From positions 79,774-143,773 of IMG/VR virus record IMGVR_UViG_3300013901_000006: a DNA stretch of 64,000 nucleotides, one strand, 5' to 3'. The DNA comes from a virus. Its lineage: Duplodnaviria > Heunggongvirae > Uroviricota > Caudoviricetes. Positions 8,701 to 19,411 of this stretch are shown one piece after another. Under the pieces are notes generated by a model, which made no database searches, was not told where the DNA came from, and saw nothing but the letters and a program-made list of their open reading frames with translations. A program made the translations under genes and the position numbers. Positions within the stretch are counted from its first letter, which is position 1; every line of letters begins with the position of its first letter.

Positions 8701-10835
8701 ATACCATGGCAATTATACCCTATATGTCCTTCTGCAAGATATATTCCTATTAATTCGCCTAATTCAACAGTAATTTCAATTTTTTCTGGAATTAATGCAC
8801 AATGTTTTTTAAATGGATTTTGTTCTGCACTAGAAAAATAAAGAAAATTATCTTCATTCTGTTGAGTATCAAAAATCGGAGTTAGTAAAGAGTCTGTCTT
8901 TTTTATTTGGTCTGCACATAGCCATTGAACAGCATTATTTTTAATTGTTGGCAATTCTACTATTTTATATCCATGCGATTTTTTATACCGTATCATTGAA
9001 GAAAAACTATTTCCAGTATATCTGGTATAGTATTTAGCAGCATCTCTAACAGATAAAAACTCTCCTAGAACATTTCCTAACGGGTCAATAAGTTGGCATC
9101 TATTATAATTACAAATACTACCATAAGATTGCTTTTTTCTATGTGTGTAAACTAATAGCTGATGATTATGGGTAACATCAAAATCAAGACCTATTCCAGA
9201 ACAATTAAAGCTATATAATATACCGTTATATGTCCTTTTTGTAGGAGAAACAACTGGTGTTAGACCATAAACATCATACACATAATCTAACGAAGTAATA
9301 TTTTGTATTGCTTTTAGCCCATTTTTTGTATTAATTAAAGTATTTGGCGCTAAACACGCAATTTGGATTGCACTTTTGCTAGAAGCGGTACCAAATGTAC
9401 ATACTTGAACGCACCCTAATGGCCCTCTTTCTTCCCTAATTTTAGAAAAAATGAGCTCTCTTTTTGTAGGGTCAAGGTCGATGTCAATATCGCCAATTTC
9501 TACACGCTCTTTGTTCATATATCGGAACCATGGAGCATTAGTTCTAATAGGGTCTGTCTGGGTAATTCCAAGTAGATAATGATTAAGACCAGACCCGGCG
9601 CTTCCACGTCCCGCGCCTACGCACGAACCGCACTCCCAAAAGAGATCGATATAGTGCTGTAGAAAGATAGGATATGAGAACATACACGTATCTAATTTTT
9701 CACCGATGACCTTCTTTGTATCAGCCTCTTCTTCTAGACGTGAAAGATATTTTTCATTATTTAAGTGCTTCTTTTCCAGTTCATTTTGACAATAATTAAC
9801 CCAATATCTTTCCTGTGGGTTATCTGAATGTGCTAAATAATCAAGTGTAGGATACTTTTTTACATCATAAAAATGATGATTAGACTCTTCTTTTGGATAA
9901 TTAAAAACTTCTACTTGCGGGATTTGCTGCTTTTTAAACAAAGAATACTCTTCAATCTTATCATAGATTTCATTCGTATTCTTTTCTAACTCATAATAAT
10001 CTAAGTCAGTACTTTCGAGATTCTTAATCACTTGTTCTGTTGTTTGAAGAAAAGCATAGTGATAAAAAGAATCTACTTCACGCTCAATATTTTTAGAATT
10101 AAGAAACGCTTTATGAATTGCCCTGTCTTCTTCTTTAAGATAGTGTGCATCTGTAGTTATAATAATCTTGAGATTGAAATACTTTGCCAATGATTTCATG
10201 CGGCGATTGACGATTAATTGCTCTTCTGACTGCGCTGGCTGTACTTCAAGATAAAAATCATTAGGGAATAAGTTTTTACAAAAATTAATGAATTCTGCAA
10301 TCTCTTTGGTAATCTGTTTTGCTAATTCTATATCATGTTCCTGTTCTGCGGTATGCAAACGGAGAATTTGTTTATCTATCTCCGACCCCAAACATGCGGA
10401 ACTGGCAATCAAATGCCCCTTTCCATATTTGAGAATTATTTGTTGCAAATTAGTCTTAAGTGTTGGTACACGTTCGATACCCCGATCAAAGTACGAATGG
10501 AGCCACGCTGTAGAAGAAATTTCCCGCAAGGTTTTATGACCAATTTTATCTTTTGCAATGAGAATAAAATGGTAATATTGTTGGCCTTTATCTAGCGAAT
10601 CGACAAGATAAATTTCATCTCCACGTCCGATTTTAAAATTAGGATTAACCTTTTTAATGTCCTCTTGGATAATATCCAACTCAGGATGGCAGCTAAGACT
10701 CTCATGGTCAGTGATGCAAATGCCAGTAAGTCCAATCTCACATGCACGCTCAACGAGTGCTCTTGGAGATTGTAAAGCGTCTAGTCCGCGTAGATTCGAG
10801 TAGAAAGTGTGCGCGTGGCATTCAAACCTACCCAT
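5727..10835 (-). CDS. dnaE: DNA polymerase III alpha-type replicative polymerase (DnaE/PolC family) containing an intein
   Basis: N-terminal PHP domain (HAHTFYS, GICITDH). Polymerase core motif GRGSAGSGLNHYLLGIT. 1702 aa total, about 1266 aa without the intein. Confidence 0.85.
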   Translation of the reverse strand: MGRFECHAHTFYSNLRGLDALQSPRALVERACEIGLTGICITDHESLSCHPELDIIQEDIKKVNPNFKIGRGDEIYLVDSLDKGQQYYHFILIAKDKIGHKTLREISSTAWLHSYFDRGIERVPTLKTNLQQIILKYGKGHLIASSACLGSEIDKQILRLHTAEQEHDIELAKQITKEIAEFINFCKNLFPNDFYLEVQPAQSEEQLIVNRRMKSLAKYFNLKIIITTDAHYLKEEDRAIHKAFLNSKNIEREVDSFYHYAFLQTTEQVIKNLESTDLDYYELEKNTNEIYDKIEEYSLFKKQQIPQVEVFNYPKEESNHHFYDVKKYPTLDYLAHSDNPQERYWVNYCQNELEKKHLNNEKYLSRLEEEADTKKVIGEKLDTCMFSYPIFLQHYIDLFWECGSCVGAGRGSAGSGLNHYLLGITQTDPIRTNAPWFRYMNKERVEIGDIDIDLDPTKRELIFSKIREERGPLGCVQVCTFGTASSKSAIQIACLAPNTLINTKNGLKAIQNITSLDYVYDVYGLTPVVSPTKRTYNGILYSFNCSGIGLDFDVTHNHQLLVYTHRKKQSYGSICNYNRCQLIDPLGNVLGEFLSVRDAAKYYTRYTGNSFSSMIRYKKSHGYKIVELPTIKNNAVQWLCADQIKKTDSLLTPIFDTQQNEDNFLYFSSAEQNPFKKHCALIPEKIEITVELGELIGIYLAEGHIGYNCHGITLTINQNETWLKNRIIYLVHKCFNIPKNNITLHSKKESLGLDIQVNSTPLGRWFNKFCPGNSLTKQIPYFIMNSTLSVKKACLYGHFYGDGYGRIRNNSYESKSTSISYQLIQDLWQIAAQNGYNCSVITEKRKFDKSRHVTYNLMFYGKTAQSLYESKYLHKINYDWETEKPLIYNNIKYYKIKINDISHKEYNGYVYCLETKSHNYLLNNIVSHNCRGMGIDVDVAKYISSMVPSERGFIWPLHDVVYGNEEKGRKPNAAFLAEVKKYPRLLETAMGIEGVVTNRSLHASGVNFYGKDPYDTACFMKATNGSVSTQYSLEWCEHCGDTKLDFLVTQQMTIMGQCIQMLQEHGYFEKDLTLRQAYDKYVHPDKLPLDDSKLWDAIDSTDILALFQLNTAVGGNVVRQLVPRTVEELVACNALMRLSGEAGKERPADRYERLKKHPEQWQKEMDDWGFSEEEQRVLRKYMGADYGAPSSQEVLMLILMDKDTCNFTLAESNQARKIISKKKIKEIPSLKQKILSQAKNKHMGEYIWEYVIMPQASYSFSRIHGYSYSLIACQAAFLATYYPSVYWNTAYLRAISGLEEDSTSNYGKIAKGVCDIIKHGCEVSLVDINKSQYFFEPDEEHNRIIYGMKALNGVGGEVIQEIIENRPYKSLEDFEEKTKVNKIVMVSLIKSGAFDSFGKREDIMRKYLHTTTNPKKKLTLQNFNALIENNLIPKELIFQKRVFNFNKGLKKDCKFNSEYFALHDVYYKFFIKFFDEDMIEPIDNQLCLNKKAWKKEYDKVMSTAKSYIIENQQELLNKLNGKMDQDAWNKYAAGSISHWEMESLGMYYHEHELFHVKMNMYDIVSFNDLPQNPVVDYTFKRGDTEIPIYKTDRIAGTVIAKDDMHSSISLLTIDKDVITVKFSRDYFARYNRIISEVQNGTKKRMENGWFQRGTLVVCNGIRRGNSFFTKSYKKTKSHQLYKITQINSDGTIEMTNRRYGEE
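8049..9356 (-). mobile_element. Intein with double-motif LAGLIDADG homing endonuclease inside dnaE (aa 494-929)
   Basis: Starts with Cys (CLAPNTL...). Ends ...VSHN followed by extein Cys (CRGMGIDVD). Internal LAGLIDADG blocks IGIYLAEGH and LYGHFYGDGYG. Insertion lies within the conserved FGT..KSAIxxx|RGxG region. Confidence 0.7.
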
Positions 10836-11252
10836 TTATTCTCCCTTTTTCTGTTCCTTTTCAGCACGCTCTTTCGCTTTTTGCTTGCGACGTTTTGCTC
10901 CTGCTTTCTTGCCTTTTTCTTTCACCCAATCAATTTTTTTGTAGTCGTATTTCTCAGACCATTTTTCAAAATCTTCCTGCGTAAAACAATTTACAAGTTC
11001 TGGTACTCCACACTGAATCTCCTTTTTCATATAAGCGCCTTTTTGCCGACCTGTCATTTCATCGGGAAGAACTTCGCCTGTCAGATGTTCGTAATTCAAA
11101 TTCCAATTAAAGCGACTCATTTTACGTGTAGGCATACCTACTTCTGTAGTATAGCGACATTCTTTGTTATAGCAAGTTGAATACCACTTATTGTTCTTTT
11201 TAAAACCATTCACGTTATGCTGCCCGCATACAGGACATTTCGCCATTCGCAT
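10836..11252 (-). CDS. Hypothetical zinc-ribbon protein with basic C-terminal tail
   Basis: CPVCGQH...CYNKEC plus lysine-rich C-terminus. Confidence 0.35.
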   Translation of the reverse strand: MRMAKCPVCGQHNVNGFKKNNKWYSTCYNKECRYTTEVGMPTRKMSRFNWNLNYEHLTGEVLPDEMTGRQKGAYMKKEIQCGVPELVNCFTQEDFEKWSEKYDYKKIDWVKEKGKKAGAKRRKQKAKERAEKEQKKGE

Positions 11253-11608
11253 AAAGTTACTCCTTTCATTTAGGACCTTTTATAAATATATTATAACATA
11301 AAAAAGCCCTCTAGTCAAATAAAACTAAAAGGCTAACGACTTATTTATTAATAATGTGTAAATTCAATTGTATTATCATCATTAGTAAGATGGTCATATA
11401 TATCTTTCTTTTTTAGTTCATCTGTTGGTTTGATGTTATTAGGCTGCTGACGCATAATATCATCCATGTAGCTTTCAACCGTCTCCCAATCACTATAAAT
11501 ATCAATTTTATCAAACTTCTCACGAATAAGACTGTCCACGATAATATCATAACGTACAGCCTTATATACAAGATTCTTCAACTCAGTTTCTTCAATTAAA
11601 AGTTTCAT

Positions 11609-13318
11609 TTAAAATATCCATTCATCTTCATTTTCTTCTAATTCGAAATCATCAATTAAAATTTGCGGCGTAACATTACCCATCCATTCATTTTTGGAAC
11701 ATTTTCCTACAATGGTTAATTTCTTTTCTCCGCTTGTCCATTCCTCAAATTCTTCCCTAGAAGATTTAAATTTCATAATATCTACGCCAGAAGGTAGAGA
11801 AATCTTAATCGTAGGATGTCCTTTGGCTTCACCTAGTAGTTGGACATTAACATTATCTAATGGAATATCCTCAATAACAATTTTAGATTCTGGGATGCCT
11901 TGACCATAGATATTTAATGCGGCAATATCTAGAACCGTTTTAGGATTAACTTGCATATAGTTCCAAATATAGTCTACATAATAGACTGGTTTAAAGTCAA
12001 TTCCTTGGTATTCTTTGTTGGTTACTTTTAGGAACTTATAATAGTTCTCTAAAGGTATCTCAAACCCGAACGCTGAGGTGTGGCCCTGCGCGAAATCTAT
12101 TAGACCAGTATTCTCACAAAGACTTCTCATATCTTCAATAGGACAATAAGAATAGTTACGGGCACTGCCACGTAAATGAATTCCGTCTTCTTCTTCGACT
12201 TCTTGAAGTACCAAAGTTGGGTGTTGATATTTCGCTTGAATTTTATTTGCCGCAAGACCTAAAATGGAACTGGGAATATCATCTTTGCCGCATACACAAA
12301 TGATAATGGCATTATCAGTTAGTTTTTTCTCTTGGATTTGATATTCAAGAAATTCCATAGCTTCATCTTGCAGCTTGGTTTGTCTACGCTTTACACGTTC
12401 GATAACGGTAATTGCCTCTTGCCAAAGAGGAACCTTTTTCCCTTTTTCACCCCTCTTGGATGATAGAACCATTGTATCACATTTATAGTCCAGAAGAGCA
12501 TTCATAAGCAGCCGTTTCTCAACCATCTCACCACTTCTACACATCGCGTTGATATAAGGGGTAATATAAAACGCCCAACTAAGATAATTAGAACCGTTCA
12601 TTTTATTCAACGAAAATTCCTGCTTTTTTACAAATTCACTAATGAATTTATTATGTAAATTAGACGTACCTAGTTTGACAATTGCTCGTGTCTCCTGAGT
12701 AGTATATAACATCATATCGCTTAAGTTACCAAGAGCACATAAATCAATATAATCTTTTGCATAATTAAAATTAAAGAGTTCATCTAACATGCGGCAAAGC
12801 TGCCATGTAATGCCTGCACCGCTGAAATCTTTGTTCGGATAATTGTCCAATTGATTATTTACAACAATAGCATCTTCTGAATACTTCTCACATATATGAT
12901 GGTCAAGGCAGCAAACATCAACGTTATTATCTTTGAGATACTTATGTTGTTCATAATCGTTACTAGAAGAATCCGGTAAGATTAACAAATCTGTTGTATC
13001 AATAATCTCGTCTAAATCTATATCTGCAAGACCATGAGCTTTCCCTTCATGGATGACAATATTGGGCTCTTTTCCACAGATGCGATTAATGTAATTTGCA
13101 ATGATGCTAACGCTCGTGCATCCGTCCACGTCACAGTCCTGTAAGATGGAGATTTTAGAATCCTTCCACATGCAGTGATTACCAATCATAACAGCAGCAT
13201 CTTTAATGTTCCGAAGCAAATGGTAGTCATTGATACTTTCTAATCCCGCATCCAACCACTTTTCTTGTTCTTCTACTGGAATATCTCTATTATATAAAAT
13301 TTGTTGCAGAGGTGTCAA
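11609..13318 (-). CDS. DHH-family phosphoesterase / RecJ-like ssDNA exonuclease
   Basis: DCDVDGCTS (DxD) and CLDHHICE (DHH) motifs. 569 aa. Confidence 0.6.
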   Translation of the reverse strand: MTPLQQILYNRDIPVEEQEKWLDAGLESINDYHLLRNIKDAAVMIGNHCMWKDSKISILQDCDVDGCTSVSIIANYINRICGKEPNIVIHEGKAHGLADIDLDEIIDTTDLLILPDSSSNDYEQHKYLKDNNVDVCCLDHHICEKYSEDAIVVNNQLDNYPNKDFSGAGITWQLCRMLDELFNFNYAKDYIDLCALGNLSDMMLYTTQETRAIVKLGTSNLHNKFISEFVKKQEFSLNKMNGSNYLSWAFYITPYINAMCRSGEMVEKRLLMNALLDYKCDTMVLSSKRGEKGKKVPLWQEAITVIERVKRRQTKLQDEAMEFLEYQIQEKKLTDNAIIICVCGKDDIPSSILGLAANKIQAKYQHPTLVLQEVEEEDGIHLRGSARNYSYCPIEDMRSLCENTGLIDFAQGHTSAFGFEIPLENYYKFLKVTNKEYQGIDFKPVYYVDYIWNYMQVNPKTVLDIAALNIYGQGIPESKIVIEDIPLDNVNVQLLGEAKGHPTIKISLPSGVDIMKFKSSREEFEEWTSGEKKLTIVGKCSKNEWMGNVTPQILIDDFELEENEDEWIF

Positions 13319-13689
13319 GTTATCCAGTGTCGGCTTATATAATTTATAATCTATTTTTCATCAACTCCAAACTCTTTACACATGCATCCAGCCAATGTCT
13401 TAAAACCTAAAATATAAGGATAAATATGTTTATCTTTAATAGCACACTCGGGAGAAACAAAACCAGTTAATTTTACCTCATGCGGCACATATGAATAAAA
13501 ATAATATTTGCAGTATCGACAACGCTTATGTCTGCGGCGATAGTTAAGAGTCTTTAGCTTATCCCTTTTTGTCATCATCTATTACTTCATCCCACCATTC
13601 AGGTTTTACGTCACTTCTATAATGAGTATATTTTTTAATACGCAACCATGTAAAAAAAGATTTGACGCGCCAAGGAAAAGGTACATATT

Positions 13690-14766
13690 TCATAGCATAA
13701 TCCTGTTCTTAAAAAGATACATGAATACATCTTTACCTTGGTCTAATGGACTTGCCTTATAATCAAGAATATTTTCTCTATCAAACAATACAGATATATT
13801 CATATATGGTTTATATTTATTGCCAATCTTGGCAATCTTCTCTTCAACCTTTAAACTTTCCTCAGACCCATATTCAGTAAAATCATGGTCATACGCGAGG
13901 ACTAATTCTTTGCAGCCAACATCTTTCAATAATTTAAATTGATATTTGGACAACGAACTGCCGCATGTTGCTACGCAGATATTATTACCAGTACCATAAT
14001 AGGTCATATAATTCAATACCGCTTTTTCACCCTCGACCACAATAGCGGTTTTTATATCTACAATTCTATCTTTCGCCCAATTAAGACCATATAGATTAAA
14101 ACCAAGAGCATGATTATATAGCTGCCCATGTGCTCTCCAAGGTTTATATTTGCCATATTGCTCTAATTCCTCAATAATCGTGCGCTGCCTGATACCAACG
14201 CATCTATTGTTTTCATCAAAATGAGGAATCAAAATATTGCCGCCAATGGGGTCATAATGAATGTCCGCATAATCACATACCTCTTTAGATATATTTTTCC
14301 AAGAGGAAATAATAGGTTGCGGATAATGGCGGATAATTGATAAATCATATTCAGGTAATTCAATTGAATTATTATTTATCTCTACGTCTTTTTGCTCTTG
14401 GTACCTATTAAAGATTTTCCAATCTTCTATTGTGTCTTCAAGAGTTACAGAATCATCGTCTATTTGAAGATTTAAAAAATTAACTACAAAGTTAATTGCT
14501 TGATTCAGGTCTACGTTTTTTACTTTTTCAATAAGCTCAAAAATATCAAAAACGCCGCACTCTGTATAGCAATTAAACATTTTATTTTCAAAATAATAAT
14601 ATAACTTTTTAGAACCTTCCCCAATACCATTATGGCAAATTGTGCGGGAAATGATGTAATCAGAATACATTTCTGGGTCTGCGCTGAAAAACTCTAATAT
14701 ATTATATACATCTTCTGGCTCAATTGAATCTTTTACTTTATCTTTGTCGTATCCCAATTCCCGCAC
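13690..14766 (-). CDS. DNA primase (DnaG-like: CHC2 zinc finger + Toprim)
   Basis: CHNGIGEGSKKLYYYFENKMFNCYTEC zinc-binding region. Toprim-like VVEGEKAVLNY...ATCGSS. Confidence 0.65.
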   Translation of the reverse strand: MRELGYDKDKVKDSIEPEDVYNILEFFSADPEMYSDYIISRTICHNGIGEGSKKLYYYFENKMFNCYTECGVFDIFELIEKVKNVDLNQAINFVVNFLNLQIDDDSVTLEDTIEDWKIFNRYQEQKDVEINNNSIELPEYDLSIIRHYPQPIISSWKNISKEVCDYADIHYDPIGGNILIPHFDENNRCVGIRQRTIIEELEQYGKYKPWRAHGQLYNHALGFNLYGLNWAKDRIVDIKTAIVVEGEKAVLNYMTYYGTGNNICVATCGSSLSKYQFKLLKDVGCKELVLAYDHDFTEYGSEESLKVEEKIAKIGNKYKPYMNISVLFDRENILDYKASPLDQGKDVFMYLFKNRIML

Positions 14767-15371
14767 CTCCTATTCATTTGGTTTCGTAGGGAAAAAATCT
14801 TTAGGGTCTATCAGTTTATAGAAGAAATCTGTTACAAACAATGTTTTATATCTGCAAGTGCCTTTGTCCGCATACATCCAACAAATAACGCGATTATATT
14901 TCCCTCGTCTGTTCTTATATACACTTTTTTTCATATTCGGAACACCAATGCCTGGGTGAGACGCAAGAATTCCTTCAATATCCTGTATGTCTTCTTCTGT
15001 GCAATCCACCATAATTTCACCAAAATCGATACGGTTTGCAATTGATTTTGCACCAGCTAGCATGGTCTGGTCTAGAATCTTTTCTTGTTTAAAACTCAAC
15101 TTATATAAAGTTCGACTATCTCTTATTACTTATATAAATAAATAAAATTCTATTTCGGTTTTCAAATGATTCGTTTCCTAAAACATTGCTACGTATCAAT
15201 AGTAGCCCTACTTCCCCGCTTTGCAACATAGGGAATAGTCTGTACGTATTACATGTTATTTTTATTAATATGCATGGCCTAAACATATATAGCTAATCAT
15301 ACTTAAGCTGCATCTATTATTAAAATATGATTGAATTTCAGATAAAGTTTTTCCTTCTGCTCTTAACTCTT

Positions 15372-16052
15372 TCATTTTAATAACTTCTTCTGGATTAAAA
15401 CGCCTATGCGCTTTTTACAAATTTCGTCATTAGCGACATTTTTATTTAAAGGGTACTCCCTATCATTATCGTGCCAATTAATACCTTTATTAATTAATGT
15501 AATCGTAGCAGAAGAAACATGATACTCATGTGCTATTTCTTTAAAAGTTTGCTCTCTTCTTACAATTTTTTCTTTAATCTCTTCTGCTTCTTTTTCGGTT
15601 AATTTTGCCTGAGAGTGCCTTTCACGTTTTAATGCAAACGTCTTTTGCCCACCAGATGCTATATTGTATCCATTTTCATTGATGTCAGAATGAAAATTCT
15701 TTATCCAATATTTTTCTCTTTCGTCTAATTCATCTTTTGAGCATTCCTCTAAAATCTCTAAGGAATATCCTTCACCTATATTTTCATATTTAGCCATCGC
15801 TAAATGAACTGGAAGATTCGTGTCTCTACAATTCTTACTTGTATATTTTTCAGGATGCGACGAACGATAATGTCCTCTATATCTATCATATATATCTACA
15901 CTTTGCCCTACATAACTTTTTCCATTCGGAAAAATTATACGATATATTCCGCAAATTCTCTTTCTCATTTTACCTCCTTTCTTTTTTATAATAAATATAT
16001 ATATTAGCCAAAAATATAATAAAAATAACATGTTTTTACACGGGATTGGCAT
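15372..16052 (-). CDS. GIY-YIG homing endonuclease
   Basis: ICGIYRIIFPNGKSYVGQSVDIYDRYRGH at the N-terminus. C-terminal HTH/NUMOD-like region (ATITLINKGINW). Confidence 0.7.
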   Translation of the reverse strand: MPIPCKNMLFLLYFWLIYIFIIKKKGGKMRKRICGIYRIIFPNGKSYVGQSVDIYDRYRGHYRSSHPEKYTSKNCRDTNLPVHLAMAKYENIGEGYSLEILEECSKDELDEREKYWIKNFHSDINENGYNIASGGQKTFALKRERHSQAKLTEKEAEEIKEKIVRREQTFKEIAHEYHVSSATITLINKGINWHDNDREYPLNKNVANDEICKKRIGVLIQKKLLK

Positions 16053-16129
16053 TTAGCTTTCCCCGTTAGCAATTATTATTAATAATTACCCCAATGATGA
16101 ATTGGAAAAAAATTACTGGCAGCTTGTCA

Positions 16130-17380
16130 TTACAACGGTTTACCATTAATTTGGGTATTTGAGAGCATGAAAATATTATTTTCTACCGCAATATCCTTGA
16201 GTTTTGAGGACATTAGAAACAAAATCTGGTCCTCACGGACTCTCATTCCTGTTCCTTGAGAAATCTCTTCAATCATCTTAATAGAAGATGTTAAATAATC
16301 AAATACTACGCATTGAAACGATAGATAATCAGTGCCTCCTTGCTCATTTACTCTTGGATATTTATATTTGCGGATATTGCGTTTAATGCAATTATCAACA
16401 TCTTTAAGACCATAGTTAGGAAGATATTGCATACGAAGTGGCGCATTACTAAGAATCTCCATAGATTTTCTAAGACGCTCTTCTTCCTCAAACGTTAACA
16501 GCTCAGGGTCAAGAATATGGTCTTCTGGAATATTACCGATAAAAGATAGCGCCATGGTTTGTAACTCTTCAATATCTAACTCAACTGAAATATAAAGAGT
16601 AGGGATACGATTATATAACTTCTCCCATTCACCTCTATCATTATAGTATTCGCTACAGGAAAAGAAACATGCATCGGCAACATCGCTTCTTGACTTGCCA
16701 GAACCGCTAGACCCAGAACGTAAATAAAATTTACCCCGCCGAGCGCCCATAGCAATGGCATCTTCATATGCATCGTACATGGCCCATCCGCGTGCTGGCG
16801 TGTGCCGCAAATCATCTATCAATTCGTTAATTCCATCACCAACAAGGACAGAATCAGAATCGTTATTATTCACATAAAAGTCACGAATGAAATAGAATTT
16901 ACTCTCGATGTCATCGGCTAATTGCTCTAAGCTCGTTCGGTCAAAATATTCATCTTGTGATTGCTTTTTACTTAAATCAAGAATATTATCTGGGTCATAA
17001 ATATCTGATACATCTACGCCAATAGAATCATAAGCTCGAAGAAGGGACATTTTCTTTAAGCGATTATAATAATAATCAAAAGCATCTACGTGCGTATCTT
17101 CAAATGTTTGCATCATCCATTTGCGGCCATTGTTAGCTTTATAGATTGCCAAAGACTTCGGCTTATCCTTTAAGTATGGCTCAATTTCTCGGCCTAAATG
17201 GTTCGTTACACCGCTATTGTAAAGATTGTAAAGTGCGCCAAATATCACTTTATGTAAATCATTGCAGAAGTCTTCCTCTGAAAAGAAAAAACGTCCATCA
17301 GAAGCAAGATAGTCTGGCTTATGCATACAGCATCCGATAACCTGAATAGCCGCTTCTGAATCGTAATATTTACTAATCAA
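16130..17380 (-). CDS. Replicative DNA helicase (DnaB-like)
   Basis: DnaB-type N-terminal domain (AIQVIGCCMHKPDYL...VIFGALYNL). RecA-fold Walker A GSSGSGKS. Confidence 0.55.
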   Translation of the reverse strand: MISKYYDSEAAIQVIGCCMHKPDYLASDGRFFFSEEDFCNDLHKVIFGALYNLYNSGVTNHLGREIEPYLKDKPKSLAIYKANNGRKWMMQTFEDTHVDAFDYYYNRLKKMSLLRAYDSIGVDVSDIYDPDNILDLSKKQSQDEYFDRTSLEQLADDIESKFYFIRDFYVNNNDSDSVLVGDGINELIDDLRHTPARGWAMYDAYEDAIAMGARRGKFYLRSGSSGSGKSRSDVADACFFSCSEYYNDRGEWEKLYNRIPTLYISVELDIEELQTMALSFIGNIPEDHILDPELLTFEEEERLRKSMEILSNAPLRMQYLPNYGLKDVDNCIKRNIRKYKYPRVNEQGGTDYLSFQCVVFDYLTSSIKMIEEISQGTGMRVREDQILFLMSSKLKDIAVENNIFMLSNTQINGKPL

Positions 17381-17392
17381 ATATCCTCCTTC

Positions 17393-17932
17393 CTAATCAA
17401 GGTTAAAGCGCTGCTTGGGCCGCAAAATATTTACTGGCCTTGGCCGCACATATACCCTAGGTTTATCATCAATACCTATATCTATATTTTTTGACTTCTC
17501 TTGGTCTGATTTGATTTTTTCCAATCGTTGAAAATAGTTATCAGCATCGGAATAAATAGAATCGACAATCCAAATTCCACCATTTGATTTACTAGGGTCA
17601 TTATGTTTAATATTATACCAATAGTCCAGACTCCTTTCAATCTGCTGGTAAGTCAAGCCATGTTTGATAAGCTGAGATATATTGATACCTATTTTCTTAT
17701 AGTCGGCATATGCGCCTAAGCATTGTGCTGCCAAAGTTATTACACTATCTCGCTCACTCTTGGCTGTTGTTTCTTGATTATTCTTATTATCCCAACAGTT
17801 ATCATGCCAATATCGATTACCATGTTTTGTCCAGTCAAATTCAAAGTCACGGTCAATCATTTGACAGCATCCAGGACATTTTACTAATCTTTGAGCCATA
17901 TACACTCCTATCTTTATAAATATATTATACAA
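17393..17932 (-). CDS. Hypothetical Cys-rich protein
   Basis: CPGCCQ...CWDN zinc-finger-like N-terminus. Own promoter/terminator cassette at 17933-18000. Confidence 0.35.
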   Translation of the reverse strand: MYNIFIKIGVYMAQRLVKCPGCCQMIDRDFEFDWTKHGNRYWHDNCWDNKNNQETTAKSERDSVITLAAQCLGAYADYKKIGINISQLIKHGLTYQQIERSLDYWYNIKHNDPSKSNGGIWIVDSIYSDADNYFQRLEKIKSDQEKSKNIDIGIDDKPRVYVRPRPVNILRPKQRFNLD

Positions 17933-18001
17933 TATTCTAGGAGTATTGTCAAATAAAAAAGAGCCACCTATATTATCTATAAGTGGCTCTTGGATATTAT
18001 T

Positions 18002-19018
18002 TTATTTTACATCTACGCCATTGGCTAGTAGTTCTTTAAGGTCATCGAGAATAAGGACAAGCTGCTCTGACTGTTTAGGCGTACAATCATTAACCTTTTT
18101 GCCAGTACCAAGATATTTATCTGTAATCTCAATAATCTTAGGTGCCCACTTCTCCTTAAATTCTGCTTTGTCTACGCTATGTTGAATCTTTGAGGTTAGT
18201 TCTTTAAATTCAGCACGCATAGAATCAAAATCAGGCGTAGCGGCCACTTCGTGCGCGGTCGTTCGTTCGTCTGTAATATACGCGCCATTATCTTCTTCTG
18301 CCTGTTTGTCGATGGCATCTCCAATTGCTTTTACAAGATTGTCGTAATTAAAGTCAATAGAATTCGGAGTGTATTTAAAACGTGACCCAGCAACGAATCT
18401 AGGAGTTCCACGCATATACAGAACAGTATGTGTGCGGCCATCCTCTTCTTCAACGGGATGCGCGTAACCAATAATGTCACTCATTCGGTCTACAATTAGA
18501 CGCGGACGATTTCCAAGCGTAGGAACAATTTGGTTATATTCGTTTCCATTTTCATCGGTAAATGTTTTATCCTGAGAATGGGAAATCATAACCAGACCAT
18601 AACCCATCTGCGGGATAGAACGAAGACATTCATCGAATTCCTTACTAGTTTGGCTCCACCCACCGCCATACGGAATTTCCCTGATAGTGGAAACACCAGC
18701 CTGATTACAAATGTATTTCTCACATAAATCATAAGCAATATCAGCAGTGTCTACGATAATGTTACTGTAAACGTCGTGTGCTTTCGGGTCTTTAAGCTGC
18801 TTCAGAACCTGTTTAAACTCAGACCATTTATTAATTGGAATAGCTTTTACGCCACCAATCGTAAGGTACCCAGCCTCAAACGCTAGAAGTAACGCTTTTG
18901 GGAACTTGGCAGCTGTACTAGTCTTGCCAGTTTTTGGTTCACCATAAAACATAACGGTGTACCCTTCAAGGGAACGACTAACCTTATGTGGCTCTACACT
19001 AAAAATGTCAATTGCCAT
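18002..19018 (-). CDS. RecA-fold AAA ATPase of the phage Sak4 type (recombination mediator)
   Basis: Walker A YGEPKTGKT at aa 24-32. Single-domain ~340-aa ATPase located between helicase and SSB. Confidence 0.5.
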   Translation of the reverse strand: MAIDIFSVEPHKVSRSLEGYTVMFYGEPKTGKTSTAAKFPKALLLAFEAGYLTIGGVKAIPINKWSEFKQVLKQLKDPKAHDVYSNIIVDTADIAYDLCEKYICNQAGVSTIREIPYGGGWSQTSKEFDECLRSIPQMGYGLVMISHSQDKTFTDENGNEYNQIVPTLGNRPRLIVDRMSDIIGYAHPVEEEDGRTHTVLYMRGTPRFVAGSRFKYTPNSIDFNYDNLVKAIGDAIDKQAEEDNGAYITDERTTAHEVAATPDFDSMRAEFKELTSKIQHSVDKAEFKEKWAPKIIEITDKYLGTGKKVNDCTPKQSEQLVLILDDLKELLANGVDVK

Positions 19019-19411
19019 GTATTTCCTCTTTCTCTAAAAAGTAACTGTAATATAAATTTTAAAAATATCTAAGATGTTACTCTTTAACCAGATAAACTAC
19101 AGTACCACGACGCTTAACATCAACTTGGTCAGCATAAGGACAACCTTCTTTGGAAAGTAGACCCTTGAACCCCTTATAAATAGTCCTAGCCGCACTTTCA
19201 GTCTCGCAATCCATAGACTGTGCTGCATCGTCAGATTTTAGAAAATCTTTAATTGGCTGCTCGTATTTAGATACACGTACATTGAGTTCAAAATCAGTAG
19301 GCACTTCGCTCTTTGTAAAATTAAGTTCCATTATACATCCTTTTCTCTCTATAGGTAGGGGAAACTTTAGTCCCCTACTCTATACTTTTTAATTACTTTT
19401 AAGAAACAAAA

